The notes: a model not told the origin generated them from the letters alone. A DNA stretch of 64,000 nucleotides from an uncultured Methanoregulaceae archaeon (GCA_963841015.1 CAWJAX010000003.1:640001-704000), one strand, 5' to 3'. Numbered from the stretch's first letter, positions 1 through 10,747 are shown. A program made the numbers and translations.

Positions 1-2
1 CG

Positions 3-599
3 AGAGCTTGGACATATTCACTGTTTCTCGCCATACCAACCTGCATCGGCGGGTGGATTCTTGGGGATAAACTTCTTTATTATCTTTACGGAGAATCTTT
101 TATTGGGGGAGTGACCGCCCTTTATTTCCTTTTGTTTGTGCAGGTTGTCAATGTCTTCATGTTTCTTGGAACAATGAGCCTGGCTGCGCTCAACCGACCA
201 AAAGATGCTTTCTGGGTCACTTTAGTTGCTGCCATTGTTAATGTCATTCTTGATATCCTACTTATACCAATGATGGGGATCACGGGTGCTGCTGTTGCGA
301 CACTGATCGCCATGATAGTTAATGCCGCTGGAGCTCTTCTTCTTCTCTCTGGCGTCATTTCAGTAAAATTCGAACATGGTCCTGTAAAAAATATACTCTA
401 TGCTGCAGGGTTTATGGGTATTGTAGTCCTTTTTATTCGGGTTCTTCTCCCTCTCAACAATATAATCGCTGTATTAGCTGCGGTAATCATTGGGGCATTA
501 ATTAACATACTTGTTTTATTTAAATTGGACAGCAAAATTCATTATGAACTCAAGGATCTCAGTGTCAATCTTGGGGTTCCGTGGCCAAGGTGGTTATAA
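3..599 (+). CDS. Polysaccharide flippase (Wzx/RfbX, MOP superfamily), C-terminal part; gene starts before the window
   Basis: Frame is open from base 3 (RAWTYSLFLAIP...). Multiple TM helices and the NVILDILLIPMMGITGAAVAT motif typical of the Polysacc_synt_C region; lies at the head of a glycan cluster. Confidence 0.85.
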   Translation, partial: RAWTYSLFLAIPTCIGGWILGDKLLYYLYGESFIGGVTALYFLLFVQVVNVFMFLGTMSLAALNRPKDAFWVTLVAAIVNVILDILLIPMMGITGAAVATLIAMIVNAAGALLLLSGVISVKFEHGPVKNILYAAGFMGIVVLFIRVLLPLNNIIAVLAAVIIGALINILVLFKLDSKIHYELKDLSVNLGVPWPRWL

Positions 600-784
600 C
601 CTGGACTGGGTATTAACTAATTGCAATCGAGACTATTTATTCGATGTTTGATTTCAGAAAGGTTACACTAATAGTTCCCCATAACCTTAATGTGTATCTG
701 AATAGTAAAGGATAGAAAGAAAAGGATAATGTGTGCCTGATTTATCTCTGCATTACAGAGAATATAATTTTATGAAGTGAAACT

Positions 785-2020
785 ATGGATTGTCGAAATT
801 GTGGTACAAATCTTAGTCTGATTGTCTGTGATCTTGTCAGTGCTCCTCTGTCTAATGCATATATCTCTGAAGCAGAACTAAGAAAGCCTGAAATTTATTA
901 TCCTCTCTGTTTGTATGTTTGTGAACGATGCTGGTTGATGCAGATTGAGGATTATAAAGTTGCAGATGAGATTTTTGGAGAGGACTATCGTTATTACAGT
1001 TCCTTTTCTACTTTATGGCTCAACCATGCAGCAAAATATGTGAAAATGATAGTAACACGACTTAAGCTTGATGCCTCTTCAAAAGTAATGGAAATCGCAT
1101 CGAATGATGGATATCTCCTTCAGTATTTTAAGATCGATGGCATTCCCTGCTTTGGAGTGGATCCCGCCGAAGGACCTGCCCGGAAAGCAAATGAAATGGG
1201 TATCGAAACAATCTTGTCATTTTTTAATCTGGAGATGGCATCTGAAATTGTAAAATTAAAAGGTAAACAGGATCTCATTATCGGAAATAACGTACTCGCC
1301 CATGTACCTGATATAAATAATTTTGTTGCAGGTCTGAATATCTGTCTCTCCGCGGAGGGAACTATTACCATGGAATTCCCCCACCTTATGGAGCTTATTC
1401 GTCAGACTCAATTTGATACCATATACCATGAGCACTATTCATACCTTTTATTAGCTACTGTGAAATCCATCTTCGAAAAACACGGTTTACGGATTTATGA
1501 CGTTGAAAAAGTCTTCACTCATGGAGGATCGCTGAGGATCTATGCGTGTCATACTGAAGATTTTTCCCATCCCGCTGAACCCTCGGTAGATTTGATTATC
1601 AATGAAGAACGATTGCAGGGACTTTTCGAAGTACAGACCTATCTTGATTTCCAGAGAAGAGTTAATGAAATCCGAAACCGTTTCCTTCAATTTCTTATCG
1701 AAAACATTATGGCAGGAAAACGAATCGTGGCATATGGTGCAGCTGCAAAAGGGAATACCTTGCTGAATTATTGTGGGATAAAAGGCACGGAACTCATCGA
1801 ATATGTCGCGGATGCCTCTCCGTTTAAACAGGGATTCTATCTCCCGGGATCGCGTATCCCAATTGTTGAACCCCATAGGATCTTTCTTGATAAACCTGAC
1901 TTTATCATAATCTTTCCCTGGAATATCAAGAATGAAATAATGAAACAACTTGAGGGTGTCCAGGAATGGAAGGGGAAATTTGTTATTCCCATTCCCGTGT
2001 TAGAGGTATTAGATGCATGA
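785..2020 (+). CDS. NDP-hexose C-methyltransferase (TylCIII/NovU-like, class I SAM-dependent)
   Basis: N-terminal CRNC...CERC zinc site plus EIASNDGYLL, NNVLAHVPD, FDTIYHEH, HGGSLR and YGAAAKGNTLLN motifs. Confidence 0.88.
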   Translation: MDCRNCGTNLSLIVCDLVSAPLSNAYISEAELRKPEIYYPLCLYVCERCWLMQIEDYKVADEIFGEDYRYYSSFSTLWLNHAAKYVKMIVTRLKLDASSKVMEIASNDGYLLQYFKIDGIPCFGVDPAEGPARKANEMGIETILSFFNLEMASEIVKLKGKQDLIIGNNVLAHVPDINNFVAGLNICLSAEGTITMEFPHLMELIRQTQFDTIYHEHYSYLLLATVKSIFEKHGLRIYDVEKVFTHGGSLRIYACHTEDFSHPAEPSVDLIINEERLQGLFEVQTYLDFQRRVNEIRNRFLQFLIENIMAGKRIVAYGAAAKGNTLLNYCGIKGTELIEYVADASPFKQGFYLPGSRIPIVEPHRIFLDKPDFIIIFPWNIKNEIMKQLEGVQEWKGKFVIPIPVLEVLDA

Positions 2021-2544
2021 TCTTTACTGAGACAAAGATCAAGGGAGCGTACCTTTTGGAAGCGGAACTTCTTTCTGATGACCGGGGATTTTTTGCACGG
2101 TCATTCTGTAAGGAGGAATTCCAGCGATGTGGTCTTGAAACAAGCATTGTCCAGTGTAATATTTCCTATAACAAGAGAAAAGGAACAGTACGCGGGATGC
2201 ACTTCCAGACTGCTCCGTATCAAGAAGCAAAGATTGTCAGCTGCACAAAGGGTGCGATTTACGATGTTGTCATCGATCTTCGGAAAGATTCGGGATCTTT
2301 TTTAAAATGGTTTGCGGTCGAGCTGTCGGATAAAAATTTCAGACTGGTGTACGTCCCCAAGGGATGTGCCCATGGGTTCCAGACGCTGAAAAATGACACA
2401 GTTGTGTACTATCAGATGACAGAGTTTTTCCACCCGGAATGTGCACGTGGGGTCAGATGGGATGATCCGGCATTCGGGATTACGTGGCCTCTGGGAAAGA
2501 AAACTATTTCTGAACGGGATAAACAATTTCCGGGGTACGCATGA
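2017..2544 (+). CDS. rfbC: NDP-4-keto-6-deoxyglucose 3,5-epimerase (RmlC cupin)
   Basis: DDRGFF, RGMHFQ, GAIYDVVIDLR and AHGFQTL motifs; ATG at 2017 overlaps the upstream TGA (ATGA). Confidence 0.92.
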   Translation: MIFTETKIKGAYLLEAELLSDDRGFFARSFCKEEFQRCGLETSIVQCNISYNKRKGTVRGMHFQTAPYQEAKIVSCTKGAIYDVVIDLRKDSGSFLKWFAVELSDKNFRLVYVPKGCAHGFQTLKNDTVVYYQMTEFFHPECARGVRWDDPAFGITWPLGKKTISERDKQFPGYA

Positions 2545-3455
2545 AAACGGTTATGCTTACCGGAGCTTCCGGATTTATCGGGCGTCACTGTATCCCTTTA
2601 TTAGTCAAACAGGGTTATGAGGTTCACGCTCTCACTTCCGGAAAAAATGCTCAGGCTGATCCAGAAATATCATGGCATACGACAGATTTGCTAAACATTC
2701 AGGAAGTTCACGAAACGATGGATTCAATTTGTCCTACACATCTCATGCATTTCGCATGGTATACGGTGCCGGGTAAGTACTGGTATTCCCGGGAAAATAT
2801 TCAATGGCTGCAGGCGAGCCTGAACCTGGTTCAGGAATTTTCTGATGGGGGAGGAAAACGGATGGTCGGTGCCGGAACATGTGCTGAGTATGATTTGCGA
2901 TATGGCTATTGTTCTGAAAATCTCACGCCGTTAAAACCCAAGACGCTCTACGGAATATCCAAACAATCGTGTCACCTCATCGGAGAAGAGATCCTGAAGA
3001 CTGCAAAGATCAGTAATGCATGGGGCCGGATATTTTTTCTCTATGGCCCCTATGAGAACAAGACGAGACTCGTGCCATCGATTATCAACTCATTGCTTGA
3101 AGGAAAAAATGCACCCTGTTCTTCCGGCACCCAGATCCGGGACTACCTATATGTAGAAGATGTGGCTGACGCCTTCGTACGATTGCTCAATTCTTCTGTT
3201 ACCGGTCCGGTAAATATTGCTTCCGGGAAGCCGGTATCGATACGTGAGATTATCGATTTGATTGCGACAAAAATTGGTCATGAGGAATTAATCCGTTATG
3301 GACAGTACCAGACATCTCCAACAGAAGAGCCCCTGATTGTAGCAGATAACAGTCGTTTAAGAAATGAAGTGGGCTGGCACCAGCACAATGATCTGGGAAC
3401 AGGACTTGATAAGACAATTTCATGGTGGACAAAAGTTCATGCTTCAGATTCATGA
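2541..3455 (+). CDS. NAD-dependent epimerase/4-ketoreductase (extended SDR)
   Basis: TGASGFIG Rossmann motif, YGISK catalytic YxxxK, RDYLYVEDVA. Confidence 0.88.
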   Translation: MKTVMLTGASGFIGRHCIPLLVKQGYEVHALTSGKNAQADPEISWHTTDLLNIQEVHETMDSICPTHLMHFAWYTVPGKYWYSRENIQWLQASLNLVQEFSDGGGKRMVGAGTCAEYDLRYGYCSENLTPLKPKTLYGISKQSCHLIGEEILKTAKISNAWGRIFFLYGPYENKTRLVPSIINSLLEGKNAPCSSGTQIRDYLYVEDVADAFVRLLNSSVTGPVNIASGKPVSIREIIDLIATKIGHEELIRYGQYQTSPTEEPLIVADNSRLRNEVGWHQHNDLGTGLDKTISWWTKVHASDS

Positions 3456-3542
3456 ACTGAGACGACTGGCAGGTACAGCAAAACGGATTTCTTGGATAAT
3501 TAGACCGGGAATTAGTATTATTATAATCGAAAGGATTGCCTC

Positions 3543-4331
3543 ATGAAGATCACGCTTGATACCACGAATAAAAAACTCTTCGTAGAAGAGAACAGTCAAT
3601 TAACGGAATTTGACCTTTATTCCAAACAGGCCTTCGAAATTATCTCAGATCAATGGTTGAAAATCGGATGGGATCAGAAATATCCGTATACCTTTACATG
3701 GCTGGGAAGACCGATAATACAACTACCCGAGGATATCATCAGAATTCAGGAAGTAATTTTTTCCGTTCAACCTGACGTTATCATTGAAACAGGTGTAGCT
3801 CATGGGGGTTCATTGATTCTCTATGCAAGTCTTTGCAAGGCGGTAAATAAGGGGAGGGTGATAGGAATCGATATTGAAATCCGACCTCACAATAAAAAAG
3901 CGATTCAAGAACACCCGCTCCACTCATTTATTACCCTCATTGAAGGAAGTTCGATAGATCCTGATATTATTAAATATACCAAGAATTTAATCAAACCTCA
4001 CGAAAAAGTTCTCGTAATTCTCGATTCCTGCCATACTAAGAACCATGTATTACAGGAACTGGAGCATTATTCGGAACTGGTTTCACCGGATTCTTATATC
4101 GTTGCAACAGATGGCAGTATGAAAGACCTGTTTGATGTACCTCGTGGAAAACCGGAATGGGCAGAGGATAATCCCTGCGCAGCGGCACTTGAATTTTTAC
4201 AAAAACATAAAGAATTCCGGTTAGAGAGCCCACAGTGGTTGTTTAATGAGAGCAATCTGACTAAAACCATTACCCATTGGCCTTATGCGTATTTGAAAAG
4301 AATTAAAATTTCCCCGATTAAAGATGATTGA
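3543..4331 (+). CDS. CmcI (cephalosporin hydroxylase-like) family SAM-dependent methyltransferase, probable sugar O-methyltransferase
   Basis: FTWLGRPIIQLPED, PDVIIETGVAHGGS and VILDSCHT motifs typical of the CmcI family. Confidence 0.85.
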   Translation: MKITLDTTNKKLFVEENSQLTEFDLYSKQAFEIISDQWLKIGWDQKYPYTFTWLGRPIIQLPEDIIRIQEVIFSVQPDVIIETGVAHGGSLILYASLCKAVNKGRVIGIDIEIRPHNKKAIQEHPLHSFITLIEGSSIDPDIIKYTKNLIKPHEKVLVILDSCHTKNHVLQELEHYSELVSPDSYIVATDGSMKDLFDVPRGKPEWAEDNPCAAALEFLQKHKEFRLESPQWLFNESNLTKTITHWPYAYLKRIKISPIKDD

Positions 4332-4374
4332 ATAATATTTTAGAAATGAACAGATTTTCAATATCAGGTTAATC

Positions 4375-5262
4375 ATGAAACTCGTTAGCGTCGGAATGCC
4401 AGTATATAATGAAGAGAAGTTTATTGAAAAAGCAATACTTTCCATCCTTGACCAGGATTATAAAAATTTTGAACTGATAATATCCGATAACGCATCAACA
4501 GATAAGACAAAGGAAATCTGTGTCAAGTACGCCGAAAAAGATTCAAGAATCCGGTATTATTCCAATAATACAACAACTGATGCAGCGACAAATTTCAATT
4601 ATGTTACTTCAATCGCGAAGGGCGATTTTTTCATGTGGGCTTCCGGCCACGATACAAGAGATCCAACTTTTTTAACGCGTTGCATTGCCGAATTGGAAAA
4701 ATCAGGTTCAATCGTTCTGTGCTACTCGGATGCAAATTGGATTGATTCAGAGGGTAATAAAATCGGCACTGAACAATCAGACATCGACACTGTCGGTCTG
4801 GATAGAATAAAGAGATTAAAAAAGGTTTTTTGGAACCTCGGGTATGCATATCCGATCTACGGTTTATTCAGAAAGGAGGTCCTGGACACCGTTTTACCTA
4901 CTCAGAGAGTTCTTGGATCTGATATACTATTATTGAATGAATTATCAGCCATTGGTGAATTTGCGAGAATACCTGAACCATTATTTAACATCAGGAAATT
5001 ATCGGATTATGGGGATTGGCACGCCTACTTTCAAAAAAGTCTGAATATTACCTTAAACCGGAGAAAAGCAATAGGATTATTTTTTGAATTTATTATCAAA
5101 AATTATCAGGGAGTTAAGAAATATGCTGAATCACCAATAGAGAAATTAATGATAATGAAATTATTTCTCTTCGATTCATTATTAAAATACCATTGGATAC
5201 TTATTGGATTTATCAGCCTGTCTGCTTCCGATAATAAAAAAGTAGATACGTCGATTCACTGA
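4375..5262 (+). CDS. Glycosyltransferase family 2
   Basis: VSVGMPVYNEE, ELIISDNASTD, FMWASGHD (DxD-like position). Confidence 0.9.
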   Translation: MKLVSVGMPVYNEEKFIEKAILSILDQDYKNFELIISDNASTDKTKEICVKYAEKDSRIRYYSNNTTTDAATNFNYVTSIAKGDFFMWASGHDTRDPTFLTRCIAELEKSGSIVLCYSDANWIDSEGNKIGTEQSDIDTVGLDRIKRLKKVFWNLGYAYPIYGLFRKEVLDTVLPTQRVLGSDILLLNELSAIGEFARIPEPLFNIRKLSDYGDWHAYFQKSLNITLNRRKAIGLFFEFIIKNYQGVKKYAESPIEKLMIMKLFLFDSLLKYHWILIGFISLSASDNKKVDTSIH

Positions 5263-5273
5263 CAGGAAAAAAC

Positions 5274-6449
5274 ATGAAAATTCTCTACGACCACCAGATG
5301 TTCTACCGGCAAAATTATGGCGGGGTAAGCCGCTATTTTTGTGAATTGATGAACCAGTTTTCACACGATCCCAAGATTAGTTTTATCCTTTCTCTTCGTT
5401 ATGTCCAGAATGATAATCTGGAGCAGTTCCCTCAATTGAATCAATACTGGTCGAACCGGTATAATTTCCTCTATAATAGCCGTTTAATCTCCCTCACGCA
5501 GAAAAAAATTCGTTTTAATGCGCTGAATTTTGGGTTAAATTATATTATCAATAATCAGGGAGAATCGGTCAGATTATTACAAAAACAGGATTTTGACATA
5601 TTCCATCCGACATACTATGAACCCTATTTCTTAAAATATCTCCAAAAAAAACCCTATGTTTTAACTGTTTATGATATGATACATGAACTTTTTCCCAAGT
5701 ATTTCAAAGCCAGTGATCAAACCAAAGTGTGGAAAAAACAACTTATTGAAAACGCCGGAGCAATTATTGCAATATCCGAAAATACAAAACAGGATATTAT
5801 AAAATTCACTGACGTTGAACCAAGCCGAGTTCGGGTTATTCACCTTGGAAATCCTTTTGAACATTTAAATGAGACTCCACAAATCCCTGCTTCTCAAGAA
5901 ACTCCAGTCTTTAAAAAATCCTATCTATTATTTGTGGGCGGAAGACCAGCTTATAAGAATTTTAATTTTTTTATTGAATCTATGGCAGAACTGTTGCGGA
6001 AAAATGAGGAATTGCATGTTGTTTGTGCGGGATCGTTGCCATTCACCAATGAGGAAAAACAGTATTTTAAGAATATGAATATCCTCCAAAAAGTACACCA
6101 TGTAAAAGTTAACGATAAAATTTTGAAAAATTTATATACAAACGCACGGGCATTTGTTTTTCCTTCACTCTATGAAGGTTTTGGACTGCCTGTTCTTGAA
6201 GCGTTTTCCTGTGGTTGTCCCGTAATATTAAATAATTTGAGTTCATTACCCGAAGTTGGGGGAGAGGGTGCAATTTATTTCGAACCAGGGGATAGGGAAT
6301 CGATCATTTGTGCTGTGGAAACGGTTCTTTTTAATGAGAAATACAGGGAGGACTTGATCAAAAAAGGATCTGAACGTTTGAAATTATTCTCTTGGAATAA
6401 GACTGCTATATCTACGAAAAAAGTTTACGATAGTTTGTTACACCAATAA
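5274..6449 (+). CDS. Glycosyltransferase family 4 (GT-B)
   Basis: YGGVSRY N-terminus and FPSLYEGFGLPVLEAFSCGCP ExxxxxxxE motif. Confidence 0.92.
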   Translation: MKILYDHQMFYRQNYGGVSRYFCELMNQFSHDPKISFILSLRYVQNDNLEQFPQLNQYWSNRYNFLYNSRLISLTQKKIRFNALNFGLNYIINNQGESVRLLQKQDFDIFHPTYYEPYFLKYLQKKPYVLTVYDMIHELFPKYFKASDQTKVWKKQLIENAGAIIAISENTKQDIIKFTDVEPSRVRVIHLGNPFEHLNETPQIPASQETPVFKKSYLLFVGGRPAYKNFNFFIESMAELLRKNEELHVVCAGSLPFTNEEKQYFKNMNILQKVHHVKVNDKILKNLYTNARAFVFPSLYEGFGLPVLEAFSCGCPVILNNLSSLPEVGGEGAIYFEPGDRESIICAVETVLFNEKYREDLIKKGSERLKLFSWNKTAISTKKVYDSLLHQ

Positions 6450-7396
6450 TTATAGATTTTTTCAAGACTTTTTTCGATAGTACAGACAGGCTTCCAACCT
6501 GTATCATTATGAAGTTTTTTATAACTTCCAATAAGTATTGGATTGTCAATAGGACGAAGAAGATCTGTATCTTGTTCTATTGAAATCGGGATTTCGCTTA
6601 ATTTTGAAAGGGTATTTACAATATCGTGTATGGAATGCCCCCTGCCACTGCACACATTATATACTTCTCCGGTTACGCCATTTTCGAGTATCGAATTGTA
6701 TGCCTGAATAACATCTTCAATATCAACGAAATCCCGGATAATTGACCCCGCCCCGATTCTAATGATCGGTTTTTCATGCTTTACAGCAATCCTAGCAAAT
6801 TGTTTTGCAATAGAACTGACCACAAACTGATCAATCTGTCCGGGACCGATATGATTGAAAGAACGAGTACAACAAATATTAAGATTATATCCCTTTCCAT
6901 AAATCTGCGCAAGATATTCCTCTGATACTCTGGCAACAGCATACGGATTCGCAGGAGCAAGGGATTTTTCTTCAGTCAGAGGGAGATCACTTTCTCTGAC
7001 AATGCCATATTCTTCTGAAGAACCGACTGATAAAATTCTTGTATTGAGTTTGTGGAGCCTCACCGATTCGACAATATTGAGAAATGCATTCGTATTATTG
7101 AGAAAAGATGCAAGCGGTTCTCTCCAGCTTTGAGCCACGGAACTAAACGATGCCAAATGGAGGATATAATCCGGCTGAATCTCCCCAACTAGTGCATGAA
7201 TTTTTGCTGAATCAAGCAAATCACACTGATGAAAACTAATTGAGCTTAAAACCTTATTCCGGTTCTGAATAAAATCCCAGGTAGGTTTTGATCGGCTAAC
7301 CCCATGAATAACGTAGTCTGTTTTTGATTTTACCAAAAAATCAGTAAAATGTCCGCCGACAAAACCACTGATTCCGGTGATGAGTATTGATTTCAT
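6425..7396 (-). CDS. GDP-4-keto-6-deoxy-D-mannose reductase (Rmd-like, GMD/Rmd SDR family)
   Basis: ITGISGFVG, HLASFSSVAQSW, GSSEEYG, NPYAVAR, RSFNHIGPGQ. Confidence 0.8.
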   Translation of the reverse strand: MKSILITGISGFVGGHFTDFLVKSKTDYVIHGVSRSKPTWDFIQNRNKVLSSISFHQCDLLDSAKIHALVGEIQPDYILHLASFSSVAQSWREPLASFLNNTNAFLNIVESVRLHKLNTRILSVGSSEEYGIVRESDLPLTEEKSLAPANPYAVARVSEEYLAQIYGKGYNLNICCTRSFNHIGPGQIDQFVVSSIAKQFARIAVKHEKPIIRIGAGSIIRDFVDIEDVIQAYNSILENGVTGEVYNVCSGRGHSIHDIVNTLSKLSEIPISIEQDTDLLRPIDNPILIGSYKKLHNDTGWKPVCTIEKSLEKIYNYWCNKLS

Positions 7397-7558
7397 GGTA
7401 AACTAAAGATGGTTCAATCCTAGATTTTTACATGCAATTCGTGATCATAAGGGAATAAAAATTCCTGTATGAATTTCTTTAAAAAATTGCATTTGATTAA
7501 ATTGGGAATGACGATTGAAAGAAATATATTACTACAATTCAACATTTAATCCCCAAGG

Positions 7559-8578
7559 TTACGAATTCATTTCATTGATAATCTGATTTACAAAATATTC
7601 AGCACTAAAAGGTAAAATCTTTTCACTTCTTATGAAATCTTCAATAGCGTATAAATAATGCACATATTCGTTTTCGGAAAGTTCGTTCATAAAATTAAAT
7701 AATTCAGAATAGGAGGAAAATTTTCTTTTGTCGATAAAAGAGTTCTTTGGAATATAATCCGTTACATTTGAAGCTCCAAGGTATATCGGTACGCATCCAG
7801 CAAAAAAACAATCAAATATTTTTTCCGTTATATAACCGGGAATGCCAAAAACGTTCTCATAACAGAATGAAAATTTATATTGTTCCAATATCCTACGTTT
7901 TGAGGTGATTTCTCCATGGTAAGAACTGTAAGGTGTGGAAAATACATTGTAAAACGGCTGAATAAAAGGTTTCAGGGGTCTGAGAGATACGGGCAATGTT
8001 AGATCCCACCCTTTACCAAAAAGATCAAAACATGCAGGCTGATTTACTTCGAACCATTTGATTGCCCTTATTCTTTCTGAATAGAGTTCCCCGGGCTGAT
8101 TATTTTTTTTATTCCCCGCTATCATGCAACAGAATTTCGTTTTCTGAGAAATATCATATGAGATTCGATCAGGTATTTTATTTGGTAAAAAAAATTTGAA
8201 CGTTTTTTTATTATCGATAATATCATCCCTCCAGGAAAAGATCTTTTTAAAATAACGATGATTTTCTTTTTTCCAGTTGTCTGGTTTTATAATCTCATTT
8301 TCGAAGATGAACAGATATAAATTTTCAAATTTCATGCCAATTAATTTTTTCAAGTACCGATTATGATGGCCAGGATAATCTAAAAAAATAATTGCATCAT
8401 ATGAATCCAATGGTTCAGTATCGATGGTCGAAACCGATAATCCATGTTGCCGGGCTACTTGGGCAAGATAGTGAAAGGGATAGAGTAAATCATCACCAAT
8501 CGGAGCCTGGATTTCCGGATTGAACATCCGGTTATTGTTATAAATATTGTAAAAATTGTAAAAACCAATTTTCTTCAT
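7559..8578 (-). CDS. Glycosyltransferase family 10 (alpha-1,3-fucosyltransferase-like)
   Basis: YKFSFCYEN...GYITEKIFDCFFAGCVPIYLG matches the GT10 donor-binding motif. Confidence 0.85.
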   Translation of the reverse strand: MKKIGFYNFYNIYNNNRMFNPEIQAPIGDDLLYPFHYLAQVARQHGLSVSTIDTEPLDSYDAIIFLDYPGHHNRYLKKLIGMKFENLYLFIFENEIIKPDNWKKENHRYFKKIFSWRDDIIDNKKTFKFFLPNKIPDRISYDISQKTKFCCMIAGNKKNNQPGELYSERIRAIKWFEVNQPACFDLFGKGWDLTLPVSLRPLKPFIQPFYNVFSTPYSSYHGEITSKRRILEQYKFSFCYENVFGIPGYITEKIFDCFFAGCVPIYLGASNVTDYIPKNSFIDKRKFSSYSELFNFMNELSENEYVHYLYAIEDFIRSEKILPFSAEYFVNQIINEMNS

Positions 8579-8726
8579 TTCAATCAGATTTCATAGATAT
8601 TCCATATAATTTGCTAAATATCTACCGAATAGAAAACAGGTACTTGGCTAGGATACAATTTTTACATTGTTATGCGAATATTAAAAATGAAATTATAGGT
8701 ATCCATTTGAGTTCAGGGTTGTCACC

Positions 8727-9500
8727 ATGAAAGTTGTGATTCTTGCAGGAGGGCTTGGGACTCGTCTGAGTGAAGAAACTGTCATCAGGCCCAAACCCAT
8801 GGTAGAAATCGGAGGAAAACCGATTTTATGGCATATAATGAAAATTTATTCCCATTTTGGTTTTAATGAGTTCATCATATGTCTTGGTTACAAAGGATAT
8901 ATGATCAAAGAATATTTTGCCAACTACAACCTCCATATGTCCGATGTCACCATTGACATAAAAAAAAATACCATTGAAACTCATCACAATTTTTCCGAGC
9001 CTTGGAAAGTTTCTCTTATCGATACCGGACATAATACGATGACCGGGGGCCGAGTGAAAAAAATCCAACCTTATATTGGGGATGAACCATTTATGCTCAC
9101 GTATGGTGACGGGTTGTCGAACGTAAATATAACAGAATTGTTAAAATTCCACGCCAAAAAGAAAAAAATCGGAACATTGACTGCCATCAGACCTCCCGGG
9201 AGATTTGGCGTGCTACAAATCCACGATAATCATAACGTTACTTCATTCCTCGAGAAGCCAATGGGAGATGGGGGACATATTAATGGGGGATTTTTTGTAT
9301 TCGAACCTGATTTATTTGACTATCTCAAAGATGATACAACAGTTCTTGAGAGGGAACCTCTGGAATTGATAGCGAAAAAGGGGCAGCTGAATGCCTTCAG
9401 ACATGAAGGGTTCTGGTATGCAATGGATACCTTGCGGGATAAAAATTATCTTGAAGATGAATGGGCAACGGGAAAAGCTCCGTGGAAGCTGTGGAAATAA
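8727..9500 (+). CDS. rfbF: Glucose-1-phosphate cytidylyltransferase (DdhA)
   Basis: LAGGLGTRLSEET..RPKPMVEIGGKPILWHIMK, TMTGGR, GFWYAMDTLRDK, APWKLW. Confidence 0.96.
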   Translation: MKVVILAGGLGTRLSEETVIRPKPMVEIGGKPILWHIMKIYSHFGFNEFIICLGYKGYMIKEYFANYNLHMSDVTIDIKKNTIETHHNFSEPWKVSLIDTGHNTMTGGRVKKIQPYIGDEPFMLTYGDGLSNVNITELLKFHAKKKKIGTLTAIRPPGRFGVLQIHDNHNVTSFLEKPMGDGGHINGGFFVFEPDLFDYLKDDTTVLEREPLELIAKKGQLNAFRHEGFWYAMDTLRDKNYLEDEWATGKAPWKLWK

Positions 9501-10624
9501 TGACAGTTCACCAAAAACTGAAAGATTCATATCAGGACAGAACGGTACTCATTACCGGTCATACCGGTTTTAAAGGTAGCTGGCTTGCTTTATGGCTGGA
9601 ATCTGTGGTGGGTGCCAGAGTAATCGGGTATAGTCTTGATCCGCCGACAAACCCATCACTCTTTCAGGCAACCGGATTATCAGATCGTGTTCTTGACATC
9701 CGTGGAGATATCCTGGATCGGGCCAGAGTTTTTGAAGTTGTAAAAAAATACCAACCTGAGTATATTTTTCATCTTGCCGCACAACCGCTTGTTCGATTTT
9801 CCTACAAAAATCCTCTTGATACATTTAATGTTAACGTCATGGGAACCACAAATATCCTCGAATCTGTCAGGATATTGCAGTATCCCGTTACTTGTGTCTG
9901 CATTACAAGTGACAAATGTTATGCAAACAGGGAATGTGATTACGCATATCAGGAAAATGATCCCCTCGGGGGATATGACCCCTACAGCGCTAGTAAAGCA
10001 GCGGCTGAACTTGTCATTTCTTCCTACCGCAAAAGTTTTTTTGGCTCAGCTAAAAAATCCCGGGTTTCTTTATCATCGGTCCGGGCAGGAAACATAATTG
10101 GCGGCGGAGACTGGGCTGATGATCGAATTGTACCGGATTGTGTCCGGGCTCTCGTGCAGGGTGATCCAATTGAGATCCGTAGTCCGCATGCAGTCCGACC
10201 GTGGCAATATGTACTTGATCCACTCTTCGGATATCTGTGGCTCGCATTGAAAATGCAAGAAGAGCCGGATAAATATGCAGATGCCTGGAATTTTGGTCCG
10301 GATTATTCGAACACGATAGATGTCCAAACCCTCACAGAAAAAATTATTGGGGAATGGGGAAGCGGAACATGGAAGATTCCTTCCCACAAGGAAAATGCGC
10401 CCCATGAAGCTGGTTATCTCAAACTGGATAGTACAAAATCAATAGTAAGATTAGGGTGGAAACCGGCATACTCTATTGATGAGGCAGTTCAAAAAACAAT
10501 TGAATGGTATAGGGAGTTTTACAAAGACAATAATGATATGTACAAATTTTCTTTACGACAGGTCAGAACCTATATGACCGACATTATGAAAAAAGAAGTA
10601 AAATCCAGGATTTTAAAAATATGA
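9500..10624 (+). CDS. rfbG: CDP-glucose 4,6-dehydratase (DdhB)
   Basis: ITGHTGFKGSWL, HLAAQPLVR, TSDKCY, DPYSASK, RAGNIIGGGDWA.DR, RPWQYVL; ATG overlaps the rfbF stop. Confidence 0.96.
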   Translation: MTVHQKLKDSYQDRTVLITGHTGFKGSWLALWLESVVGARVIGYSLDPPTNPSLFQATGLSDRVLDIRGDILDRARVFEVVKKYQPEYIFHLAAQPLVRFSYKNPLDTFNVNVMGTTNILESVRILQYPVTCVCITSDKCYANRECDYAYQENDPLGGYDPYSASKAAAELVISSYRKSFFGSAKKSRVSLSSVRAGNIIGGGDWADDRIVPDCVRALVQGDPIEIRSPHAVRPWQYVLDPLFGYLWLALKMQEEPDKYADAWNFGPDYSNTIDVQTLTEKIIGEWGSGTWKIPSHKENAPHEAGYLKLDSTKSIVRLGWKPAYSIDEAVQKTIEWYREFYKDNNDMYKFSLRQVRTYMTDIMKKEVKSRILKI

Positions 10625-10747
10625 TCTGAAAAATCCTTATCGGTGCAAACGGACAGAGGATAACCAAGATATGATCAGCAAATCATTAGTATCAAAAAAA
10701 TCAGTAAGCTGTCCGGGAATAAGATTCCCCGATAGGAAGTGTTCGTT

